The notes under the pieces were generated by a model. The model was not told where the DNA came from, did not search any database, and saw only the letters and a program-made list of their open reading frames with translations. This document shows positions 56,021 through 64,000 of a stretch of DNA of 64,000 nt, in pieces; the stretch's first letter is position 1, and each line of letters opens with the position of its first letter. The stretch is from Candidatus Omnitrophota bacterium (GTDB lineage Bacteria; Omnitrophota; Omnitrophia; Omnitrophales; Aquincolibacteriaceae): assembly GCA_003140935.1 (NCBI GenBank), contig PLLJ01000023.1, positions 24,824 to 88,823 of the forward strand. Direction: 5' to 3'. Made by a program: the position numbers and the translations under genes.

Positions 56021-57112
56021 ATGAGAAAAAAGGAACGTTTTGAGGCCTGGGAGGGCTATTTGATAAAGAGGAGAAATCGCGCATGGGGTGCGTTTGATGA
56101 GAATAGAAAAAAGCCGGGGAATGGTTCTGACGAAAAAAATCATTCACAGGTTAAAATCGAATTAAAAGAAGACATTCCGGTTTCAACGATCACGTCCGCT
56201 CGCGCACCGGTCCGTGAACATGTAACGGTGCCCATTTCCAGCAATAAAGACTCATGCCGCGCTGAAGAACTCCCCGGTAATTACGGCGACAATCAGATCT
56301 ATCTGCTCGTTCGTGACCCCTATTGGATCTATGCCTACTGGGAGATCCAGAAAGATCATCAGGAGCGGAATCTTTTAAAATTGGGTGGCAGTTGGGACTC
56401 CGTTGTTTCGATCCTTCGGGCTTATGATGTCACCGGATCGGAGAGAACCCCACCCTTTTACGACATAACGCTTCAGAATATGGCGAAGTCCTGGTATCTG
56501 AACACTCAGCCGAACCATAGCTACTACGTCGAGATCGGTTTACGCCACAGGGACGGTCGTTTTATCAGCCTGGCCCGTTCCAATCAAGTGATGACCCCGC
56601 GGTCCGGAATGTCGGATGTGATCGACGAACAGTGGATGAGCATGGATTTTGATAAAATGTACGCGCTCTCCGGAGGTTTTCAGGTCGGGAAAAGTTCTGC
56701 CGAACTTCGAAAGCTCATGGAAGAACGCCTCAAACACGCGATCACGTCAGGTTCCGGAGCGGGGGCTGTTTCCAGCATGTCCAGCCCGGTCAAGGTGAAA
56801 CAACGCGGATTCCATTTCTGGCTTGAATGCGAGCTCATTATCTATGGCGGAACTGAGCCCGATGCCAAGGTGACCATGCAGAGAAGACCCGTCCAGCTCC
56901 GGCCGGACGGCACCTTCACGCTTCGCTACGGACTTCCGGACGGGAAATTCGTCTTTGATTGCCGCGCGGAGTCTTCCGATGGCATGGAAGCAAGGACCAT
57001 CACACCGGTCGTGAGCCGCAACACGGAGAGGCCCGCGCCTGTCCATCATCAAACAAACGGTCGAGGGTCGGCGAAGGAATATTGCGACACAAAAATGGCA
57101 TTGGTCAGGTAG
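56021..57112 (+). CDS. DUF4912-like protein
   Basis: ...NQIYLLVRDPYWIYAYWEI... motif. Start is uncertain (56000 or 56021). Confidence 0.45.
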   Translation: MRKKERFEAWEGYLIKRRNRAWGAFDENRKKPGNGSDEKNHSQVKIELKEDIPVSTITSARAPVREHVTVPISSNKDSCRAEELPGNYGDNQIYLLVRDPYWIYAYWEIQKDHQERNLLKLGGSWDSVVSILRAYDVTGSERTPPFYDITLQNMAKSWYLNTQPNHSYYVEIGLRHRDGRFISLARSNQVMTPRSGMSDVIDEQWMSMDFDKMYALSGGFQVGKSSAELRKLMEERLKHAITSGSGAGAVSSMSSPVKVKQRGFHFWLECELIIYGGTEPDAKVTMQRRPVQLRPDGTFTLRYGLPDGKFVFDCRAESSDGMEARTITPVVSRNTERPAPVHHQTNGRGSAKEYCDTKMALVR

Positions 57113-57146
57113 TTCCCTGAGCCTTGGGAGAGAAAGGTATGGATCC

Positions 57147-58796
57147 ATGCAAGAGCATGTAGGGTTGCTGTCAACGATAAGAGTGCTTTTGGTCGATGAT
57201 GATCCCGATTTCATAAGAATGCTTCGGTTTTCGTTGCAGTCCGAGGATAGCATCACTTTTGAGGCCGAAAGTGTAGGCACTCTCGACGCTGCCTTCAAGG
57301 TTCTTGAAAACCAAACCTTTCAGGTGGTTCTTCTCGATCTTGCTTTGCCGGACAGTCAGGGAATCAGAACCTTCGAGGCATTGGCCAAAGTTCATCCGGA
57401 AGTTGCTTATGTGATCTTGAGCGGTACGGATGACGCAAATCTGGCGCTTGAGGCGGTACAAAAAGGGGCGCAGGATTATGTGGTCAAAGGAGAGATCGGC
57501 GAAAAAATGATCTCGCGGATGATTGTCCACGCCCTGGAACGGCACCGCCAGAAAAGACACATGGAAGAACTGACTGTCCGGCTTGAAAAGCTGTCGATAC
57601 TTGACCCTCTCACGCGGCTATTAAACCGAAGAGGATTGCAACGCATGTTGTCCCGCGAGCTCGGAATTTCGGGTCGTGAGGGGACAAATCTTTCCGTGAT
57701 CGTCCTGGACCTGGATAATTTTAAATCTATCAATGATACGTTCGGTCACGCGGCCGGAGATAACGTACTCCAGGAGGTTGCAAAGATCATGCGGGATGCG
57801 GTTCGTGCGTCGGACTATGTGTCCCGTATCGGGGGGGATGAGTTCATTATCCTTCTTCCGAACACACGGCTTGCGGAGGGCATCCATTTTTCCGAAAGGA
57901 TACGGGAGATGATCAGCCGGGCATCGGTGGCTGTGACCAACGGGCGGACGGTCAGGATCACGGCCAGTCTCGGTGTCACGAGTGTGAATAGGCGAATGAC
58001 GACGGTCGACTCTCTTCTCGAAGAGACGCATGCGGCATTGGCAAAGAGCAAACGATTAGGCAAGAACCGGGTGAGTTCCGGGGATGCCGTCGAACCGACG
58101 GCTCACAATGTTCGTGAAATGCTCCGGTCTGGAAATTGTTTCCGGTCGGTCAAACAACCGATCTGGGATTTGGTGACCGGGAAGGTGGACGGGTACGAAT
58201 TTTTTTCACGTACGAATATTGCCGGTTTCGAAATGCCCGATGAATTTTTTAATTTCAGCAAAGATAGTAATATCCTTTCCCTGGTCGACGAACGGTGTCT
58301 GGAGGTCTCGCTTGCGGCAGCCTCTGAGGCCCCTCTGGGAACCGAAAAGCATGTCAATCTTTTTCCTTCCACGATGGCAGAACTTCAAGCCGGGCAGTTT
58401 ACTGATCTTTTTCCGCGTGTCAGCCTTGGCGGGGCTTTATGCGTGGAGATCAGCGAGCAGCAGATCATGGGGGATCCGGCTCATCTGGCCCCTGTCATCC
58501 GGCGACTCAAGAAACATAAGATCCTTGTGGCGATCAAGGGGGTCGGTTTTGGCCGCAGCAGTCTTGAAAGCTTGATCGTTCTTCAGCCAAACGAGATCAA
58601 GATCGACAAAAAACTCGTGCAGAACATCAGCCGCGATCTGAGGCGCAGAGAAACGCTCCGCAGGCTCCTCGCCGCTTTGGAAAGTTTTCACGTCAAGGTA
58701 ATTGCCGAGGGGATTGAGAATCAGGATGACCTGGACACGCTGAAATCGATGGGCGTCCGTTACGGACAAGGATACTTCTGGGGGCAACCCTCCTGA
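57147..58796 (+). CDS. Response regulator with GGDEF and EAL-like output domains (c-di-GMP turnover or binding)
   Basis: REC (VLLVDDDPDFIRML...VVLLDLALPDSQG), GGDEF (RIGGDEFIILLP), and an EAL-like domain whose signature EAL is replaced by EIS. KIDKKLV is present. Confidence 0.88.
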   Translation: MQEHVGLLSTIRVLLVDDDPDFIRMLRFSLQSEDSITFEAESVGTLDAAFKVLENQTFQVVLLDLALPDSQGIRTFEALAKVHPEVAYVILSGTDDANLALEAVQKGAQDYVVKGEIGEKMISRMIVHALERHRQKRHMEELTVRLEKLSILDPLTRLLNRRGLQRMLSRELGISGREGTNLSVIVLDLDNFKSINDTFGHAAGDNVLQEVAKIMRDAVRASDYVSRIGGDEFIILLPNTRLAEGIHFSERIREMISRASVAVTNGRTVRITASLGVTSVNRRMTTVDSLLEETHAALAKSKRLGKNRVSSGDAVEPTAHNVREMLRSGNCFRSVKQPIWDLVTGKVDGYEFFSRTNIAGFEMPDEFFNFSKDSNILSLVDERCLEVSLAAASEAPLGTEKHVNLFPSTMAELQAGQFTDLFPRVSLGGALCVEISEQQIMGDPAHLAPVIRRLKKHKILVAIKGVGFGRSSLESLIVLQPNEIKIDKKLVQNISRDLRRRETLRRLLAALESFHVKVIAEGIENQDDLDTLKSMGVRYGQGYFWGQPS

Positions 58797-58947
58797 CGAA
58801 GATGTCCAAGAACTATCGCAAGGTCCGAAAATTCTCAATACCACCACCTGAGGGCGAATATTTTATATTCTTGCCCTTCTATAGGATGTCGATGGTTATC
58901 CGAGAAACTGATTGCTGTGAGGTATTTTTGGACTAAAATAACCGCCT

Positions 58948-59985
58948 ATGAAAAAAGCATTTTTGCTCTTCTTCATACTCCTCCTCGCGGCCGGGCTCAC
59001 GGGGTGTTCTTCGGTCGCACTTGACCGGAAAGCGAAACTCCTGGGGTTTGGCGAGACCAAGATGCTCCCGAAAGCACCCCTTATCTTTGTCCACGGACTC
59101 AACTGTGACGGCTCGTTTTGGTGGAAGAGCAAGATCATGAAAAAACTCGGGGAATTCGGCTTCAGTTATGGAGGAGACCTCAAAGCTGAACAAAAAGACG
59201 GCCAGATCCTCATTCACGCCGACAACATCATTCCCGCGACCATGTACACGGTCAGTTTTTCAGGAAAACAGCTTGCCATTATTCAGCAAGGAAAGGAGCT
59301 TGCCGAGATGATCAAGAAGGTCAAGGAAGTTACCGGCTCTCCCAAGGTTGTCTTGATCGGACACAGTATGGGCGGGCTCGCGGCCCGGGAATACCTTCAG
59401 TCGGATTATTACGGGCATGACGTCCGGGCCTATATCTCTTTTGCGACTCCTCAGCGCGGGAGCGATTACAATCCGGAACATTGGTACCTGAAGATGTTCC
59501 CGTATAAGATGAGTACCAGGCTCTCCGGATTGGACACGAAAAGTGATGCCGTGCGCGATCTCAAAAAAGACAGCATCTATCTGAACGGCGGTCCGGAGTT
59601 CAATACGCCCAACTGGTTCCACAGCAAGGATGTTAACGGGAACGGCCGTACGGACGACGTGATCGTGGGGCTCAACGATTTCAAGCGGCGGCCTTTGCCT
59701 GAGGAAGTGGTCTATATCTCGATCCTGGGTGCCGGCAGTATGCCCCTCCTTTCGACCAAGCGTCAAAACGAGAACTCGGACGGGATCGTGGAGATCACAA
59801 GCCAGGACCTGAATGCGGTCCCCGGCGTGAATGTGACCGCGATGGTGCTGATCTCCCAGCAGCGGCATACCTATCAGAACAAGGATGTCTGGGTCATCCT
59901 TCAACTCCTGCGGTCCGCCAAATACATTCTTGAGATCGAACAGAGGAATGTCGAACGGTGCGCAGCGGGACAAATGAAAGAGTAA
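58948..59985 (+). CDS. Alpha/beta-hydrolase lipoprotein (lipase/esterase, GHSMGG nucleophile elbow)
   Basis: Lipobox LTGCSS. VVLIGHSMGGLAAREYL. Confidence 0.75.
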   Translation: MKKAFLLFFILLLAAGLTGCSSVALDRKAKLLGFGETKMLPKAPLIFVHGLNCDGSFWWKSKIMKKLGEFGFSYGGDLKAEQKDGQILIHADNIIPATMYTVSFSGKQLAIIQQGKELAEMIKKVKEVTGSPKVVLIGHSMGGLAAREYLQSDYYGHDVRAYISFATPQRGSDYNPEHWYLKMFPYKMSTRLSGLDTKSDAVRDLKKDSIYLNGGPEFNTPNWFHSKDVNGNGRTDDVIVGLNDFKRRPLPEEVVYISILGAGSMPLLSTKRQNENSDGIVEITSQDLNAVPGVNVTAMVLISQQRHTYQNKDVWVILQLLRSAKYILEIEQRNVERCAAGQMKE

Positions 59986-59999
59986 CTTCCGGAGTTTTC

Positions 60000-61007
60000 A
60001 TGCGAACCATTTTTTCTTTTCTTCTCCGTTGGATCATCCTTCCGCTTATTTTGATCGGTCTTCACCTTTGGAGCTTCGGCGCCCTCTATTATTCTCCCAT
60101 TCATCCTGAGTCTGTCAGGATCGCGATTGCGTACGGTTTTCTTGCCGGTGTTCCGCTTGCCGTCCTGATCCGTTGGTCCCAAAAATGGGCGGTGATCTTG
60201 CCACTCGCCGGTTTTTTATGCGTCCTGGCCTATGAATGGCAGATCCAGCCGAAAACAAATGCCCATTATCCTCCGTCAGTGGAAAAGACCACCTATGCGG
60301 AATTTAACGGCGACCGCGTCACGCTTCATAATGTCCGGAATGCCGACTACCGGACGGTCGATGATTTTGATGTTCGCTGGGAGACGCGGGAATATGATCT
60401 AAAAAATCTCCGGACACTGGATGTATTCGTGAATTACTGGGGCATGGACGCGATCGCGCATGTGTTTGTGAGCTTCGGTTTTACGGACGGGCGTTACCTC
60501 GCGGTCTCCGTCGAATACCGGCCCGAAGTGGGTGAGACCTATGGTGCGTTCAAAGGCCTCTTCAAACAATATGAGATCATTTATGTTTGGGCGGATGAGC
60601 GGGACATCGCACGTCTCCGCACCAATTACAGGAAAGAAGACGTTTATCTTTACCGGACGACGCTTACGCCGGACCAGGTCAGGAGGCTCTTTGTAAATAT
60701 GCTTGAACGGACGAACTCGCTTCATGCCAAGCCGAAATTTTATAATACAGTGACGGAAAGTTGTACGAACACGATCGGCGACCACATTATCAAGGCTCAT
60801 GTCTTTAATATTCCTTTTTGGCAACGACGGATCCTGACCGGGGCCACGGATCGCCGTCTTTATGAACGCGGTCTTCTCGAGACTTTTGGGGAACCGTTCC
60901 CGGAACTGCGCGCCCAAAGCAAGATCAACGCCAAGGCCCAGGCGGCTGATCAGGATCCTGATTTTTCGAAAAAGATCAGAACCTTATTTATTAAGAAGAT
61001 ATTATGA
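60000..61007 (+). CDS. DUF4105-like membrane-anchored periplasmic protein
   Basis: Two N-terminal TM segments followed by a globular domain. Family assignment is tentative. Confidence 0.4.
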   Translation: MRTIFSFLLRWIILPLILIGLHLWSFGALYYSPIHPESVRIAIAYGFLAGVPLAVLIRWSQKWAVILPLAGFLCVLAYEWQIQPKTNAHYPPSVEKTTYAEFNGDRVTLHNVRNADYRTVDDFDVRWETREYDLKNLRTLDVFVNYWGMDAIAHVFVSFGFTDGRYLAVSVEYRPEVGETYGAFKGLFKQYEIIYVWADERDIARLRTNYRKEDVYLYRTTLTPDQVRRLFVNMLERTNSLHAKPKFYNTVTESCTNTIGDHIIKAHVFNIPFWQRRILTGATDRRLYERGLLETFGEPFPELRAQSKINAKAQAADQDPDFSKKIRTLFIKKIL

Positions 61008-61735
61008 GATTAAGCTATTGGTTGCCGCAAATTATTTCGCTGTTGTTTGTGATTTCCTTTCTTCCGGTCTGTATGGCTGCGGATCCCAGGCCGAGCGGGT
61101 TCATGGATCAAAAGAACATGACGATCCGGGGGGATCTTCCGTTCGAGATGGGCTGGATCAAACCCGGCGTCAACTGGCAAAAATACCAAAAGGTCGTGAT
61201 CGAACCCGTAGATACGAAGCATCTCTTGGAGTCGGATGCTTGGCAGGAGTTTGGCCGGACCGGCGAGATCCAGAAGGACATCAAAAAACTCGCGATGTAT
61301 ACGCGCGGCGCCTTTTCGAACGCGTTCATTACAGATCCCAAGAAACGGTTCAAGATCAGTTACAGCATGTCGCCAAGTCCCGATACTCTGAAAGTAGAAA
61401 TGGCACTGACGGAATTGACCCCCAACAAGGTGCTCTTGAAAGCAGCCGGTTATGTGCCGCTTTATGGGCTAGCGGTCAAGGCGGTGAATCAGACCAATCC
61501 CAGTTATGTGTCGATCGAGATCCGTCTGAAAGACGCCAAAACGGGGGAGATCCTCGCGAAGTTCGCGGACAGGCAGAATGAACCTTTCACGCTCGTGAAT
61601 GTCGATCAATTCAACTGGTACGGCTTTGCCGAAAAACGGGTCGATGAATGGTCGGTGAAACTCGTCGAGACCCTGAACCGGAAGCCGGGAACAGTGGTCA
61701 GCAAGTCCTCAAATTTCAACCTGAAACCTTGGTGA
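61004..61735 (+). CDS. Putative lipoprotein (DUF3313-like)
   Basis: ATGA overlap. Signal with Cys (FLPVCMAAD). Confidence 0.4.
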   Translation: MRLSYWLPQIISLLFVISFLPVCMAADPRPSGFMDQKNMTIRGDLPFEMGWIKPGVNWQKYQKVVIEPVDTKHLLESDAWQEFGRTGEIQKDIKKLAMYTRGAFSNAFITDPKKRFKISYSMSPSPDTLKVEMALTELTPNKVLLKAAGYVPLYGLAVKAVNQTNPSYVSIEIRLKDAKTGEILAKFADRQNEPFTLVNVDQFNWYGFAEKRVDEWSVKLVETLNRKPGTVVSKSSNFNLKPW

Positions 61736-61923
61736 CAACCGAAATTTATCACTTAAAATATGGCATGAATTATAAAGAAATAGCCGTATGACGAAACAAG
61801 ATCCTGCTGAATCAAAACGATGGGGCGAGGCGCGTGAGCAGAAGATCCCTTGGAAAAAATGGGGACCGTGTTTAAGCGAACGCCAGCTGTGGACATGAGT
61901 TTAACTGAAAAAGGAGGGTGATT

Positions 61924-62385
61924 GTGAAATCCGAAAAAAGGTTTTTCATTGCCGCAATTTTTCTTATAGGGGCCGTCATGATTTTTCCATGCCTTTTGCC
62001 GAATGCGCAGGCATTCCGCGGCGGAGGGGGAGGCGGCAGGGAAGGCGGAGGCGAGCGCGAAGGTGAATTTTCAGAAGGTGCGCGTGGTAGCGAATTTGCC
62101 GAAGGACCCCGAGGTGGTGAAGTCGCCGAAGGTCCGCGTGGCGGAGTGGCGGCCGAAGGTTTCCGTGGTGGAGAAGCTGCCGTGGGGCCTGAGGGCCGCG
62201 CGATCGCTAAAGGACCTCAGGGGAATGTTGACGCCGGAAGAGTGGGGGAGCGAGTGCATATTCTGCCTGAGACGGCTGAGATGCTTGCGTGGGGTGATCG
62301 GACCTATTACGTTAACGGCGGCGTTTATTACTTGCCGTGCACTGATGACAATACGGCCTACTGCGTGGTACCCGCGCCTCAATAA
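61924..62385 (+). CDS. Secreted Gly/Glu-rich repeat protein (EGPRGGEVA-type nonapeptide repeats)
   Basis: AAGGAGG RBS 6 nt before the GTG at 61924. Signal peptide. Repeats EGARGSEFA, EGPRGGEVA, EGPRGGVAA, EGFRGGEAA. C-terminal YYLPCTDDNTAYC. Confidence 0.5.
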   Translation: MKSEKRFFIAAIFLIGAVMIFPCLLPNAQAFRGGGGGGREGGGEREGEFSEGARGSEFAEGPRGGEVAEGPRGGVAAEGFRGGEAAVGPEGRAIAKGPQGNVDAGRVGERVHILPETAEMLAWGDRTYYVNGGVYYLPCTDDNTAYCVVPAPQ

Positions 62386-62481
62386 ATACAAAATAGTCGA
62401 AAGATTCGCAGCCGGGCCGTCATGGAAAATGAAAAAACGCATGACAACCTGTTGATCAGACAAAAAGGAAGGGAGTAGACG

Positions 62482-63858
62482 ATGGCTTCTGTAGTCCATG
62501 ATCTCCATGCGTTCAGGCTTGCTTCACAGAAAAGCGAGATCAAACGTCTTCTTCTGCTCTTTGGAATTATGGGAGTGCTGCTTATTCTGACGATCGCGCG
62601 TCACATGGCCGGCGGGATCGCGATGCAAGGAAAGGCGTTTGTGCTCACGCTCGGGATCCTTTTACTCGTGGCGTGTTATGTGGTGGTTTTTTTATTTGCC
62701 GTTCGCCGCGCGGATCTTGAAAAACGACTTTTGCCGAAATGGGTACGGGTTTTCAGTGTCATCGTGGAAGCTTCGCTGCCGACCCTTGCGCTTCTTATGC
62801 TGGTCAGGCTGGCTTCGATCGAGCCTCTTAAGGCCCTTGTCGCTCCGGCAATCCTTCTCTACGGCGTGTTTGCTGCAGCGAACGTGCTTCGCTTGAGCCC
62901 TAAACTGAGCTGGCTTTTCGGAGGGGTTTCGGCGATGGGTTACGTGAGCGTGACGGTTTACGCCGTGGCCAAAGCAGGGGGCGTGGAATGGGCCATGGTC
63001 TCGTTCCTTGCCAGCTATACGGTTTTTATATTGCTGACGAGTGTTGTGGCGGCTTTTGTCAGCGGAGAATTAAGACGTCATGTGATCGCCGCGATGGAAG
63101 CGGCGGATCTGAAGCGCCGCGCCGAATTGTTGCAGAGTGAACTCAAGATCGCCCGCGAAATCCAGCAAAGCCTTTTTCCAAAACAGGAGTTGAAGATCCC
63201 GGGATTTGAAGTGATCGGGTGGTGCAAACCCGCGACTGAGACCGGCGGCGATTATTATGATTGGTGCCAGCTTCCGTCCAAGGAAGGTTTCGTCATGCTG
63301 GGGGATGCGACGGGTCACGGATTGGGTCCCGCACTTCTCATCGCATCGTGCCGGGCGTATGTGCGGGCGGACCTGCCGCAGAATAAAGACATCGCGGGTT
63401 TTATGAATCGTCTTAATACGCGTGTGGCTCATGATACGGATGGGTCCCGTCTTGTGACCTTTGTCGGAACGCTTCTTGATGAAGAAACGGGGCAAGTGAA
63501 GATCATGTCGGCCGGCCATTGTCCCGCGCTTTTGGTGCATGCAGCGACGGGAACCGTGGAACAGATCAAAGCAAATGGAGTGCCGCTCGGGGTGATGGGA
63601 GGTGTATCCTTTCAGGATCCGGCAGCCATCCAGTTGCAGCATGGCGACCGTCTTCTCGTTTACACGGACGGTATTACCGAGGCAAAAGACGCCGGCGGAA
63701 CCATGTTTGGGATAGATCGTTTGGGCCGGGCGGTGGTGCGTCATTCCAAACTTGAAGGTCAGGCTTTCATTGACGCGTTATACAATGAAGTGATGGCTTT
63801 TTCAAATAACGCGGCGCTCCAGGATGATCTTACCCTCCTGAGTATCCGGCGTTTGTAA
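62482..63858 (+). CDS. Membrane-anchored PP2C-type phosphatase (SpoIIE/RsbU-like) with a 6-TM N-terminal sensor
   Basis: ...GDYYDWCQLPSKEGFVMLGDATGHGLGPALLIASCRAYVRA...TFVGTLLDEETGQVKIMSAGHCPALLVH...YTDGITEAKD. Confidence 0.85.
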   Translation: MASVVHDLHAFRLASQKSEIKRLLLLFGIMGVLLILTIARHMAGGIAMQGKAFVLTLGILLLVACYVVVFLFAVRRADLEKRLLPKWVRVFSVIVEASLPTLALLMLVRLASIEPLKALVAPAILLYGVFAAANVLRLSPKLSWLFGGVSAMGYVSVTVYAVAKAGGVEWAMVSFLASYTVFILLTSVVAAFVSGELRRHVIAAMEAADLKRRAELLQSELKIAREIQQSLFPKQELKIPGFEVIGWCKPATETGGDYYDWCQLPSKEGFVMLGDATGHGLGPALLIASCRAYVRADLPQNKDIAGFMNRLNTRVAHDTDGSRLVTFVGTLLDEETGQVKIMSAGHCPALLVHAATGTVEQIKANGVPLGVMGGVSFQDPAAIQLQHGDRLLVYTDGITEAKDAGGTMFGIDRLGRAVVRHSKLEGQAFIDALYNEVMAFSNNAALQDDLTLLSIRRL

Positions 63859-63964
63859 GACTTTTTTAATTTAATAGTAAGAGAAGATACATCCAGTTCA
63901 TCGACTTGGGATAGCTCTGCTCCAGGCAATGAAACAAAAAAATTTGACTACCAGGAGGATTCTT

Positions 63965-64000
63965 ATGGGCAAGAAAGACAAATGTACAAAAGAAGAGATG
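63965..64000 (+). CDS. Start of a downstream ORF (truncated by the window end)
   Basis: CAGGAGGA RBS, then ATG (MGKKDKCTKEEM...). Confidence 0.3.
   Translation, partial: MGKKDKCTKEEM

Noticed and set aside
1-64000. Mobile elements, integrases, toxin-antitoxin or defence cassettes
   Set aside because: No transposase/integrase/recombinase-like translations, terminal inverted repeats, tRNA genes or nuclease/ATPase defence-type domains were recognisable in any frame.

Overview
This 64 kb window is bacterial, mid-50s % GC, with strong GGAGG-type ribosome-binding sites, and encodes about 70 proteins, nearly all on the + strand and often in ATGA-overlap operons. Lipobox lipoproteins, OmpR/NarL regulators and a TRL-like lipoprotein point to a Gram-negative-type organism, but the phylum cannot be assigned from sequence alone. 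I found no rRNA, tRNA, CRISPR array, transposase or integrase.

Four blocks are visible.
(i) 1-9.7 kb is a glycan cluster. It holds a WbaP-like sugar phosphotransferase tail, rfbF and rfbG for the CDP-glucose pathway, an RmlC-like 3,5-epimerase, an SDR reductase/epimerase, a COG4091-type oxidoreductase and four glycosyltransferases, two of them tandem paralogs. E1 and E3 dideoxy enzymes are absent, so the predicted product is a CDP-6-deoxyhexose.
(ii) A 650 bp AT-rich, hairpin-rich leader (9.7-10.4 kb) precedes a 1163-aa secreted protein (10.4-13.9 kb). That protein has a Thr/Ser-rich linker, a parallel beta-helix, four roughly 95-aa repeats and two near-identical FN3 units.
(iii) 14-32.6 kb is a dense signalling island. 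It contains a NarL-type response regulator, a HisKA_3 kinase, an OmpR pair, an AraC-type response regulator, a double-PAS kinase with a freshly duplicated PAS domain, a REC-PAS hybrid kinase and six stand-alone REC proteins.
(iv) 32.6-64 kb mixes several gene classes. These are stress and redox genes (Hsp20, ferritin-like, DJ-1, ALDH, ADH, YyaL, Pcm), an FolM-folB-folK-folE-PCD pterin operon, lipid genes (a delta-9 desaturase, an LMF-like protein with a DCC partner, a lipase lipoprotein), two PP2C phosphatases and a REC-GGDEF-EAL protein.

The most unusual signal is a highly conserved 26-bp element, GGAAAAAAGTCRGAAAAAWGAGGA. It occurs at least 8 times, only in intergenic DNA and always oriented toward the downstream gene. 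Those downstream genes include orphan REC regulators and a family of tiny Cys-rich (C-x2-C-x8-9-CCG) proteins. It looks like the cis-element of an undescribed regulon, possibly the promoter of a SigB/SigF-like stress sigma factor or a response-regulator box. All calls are from reading the sequence; no database search was run.
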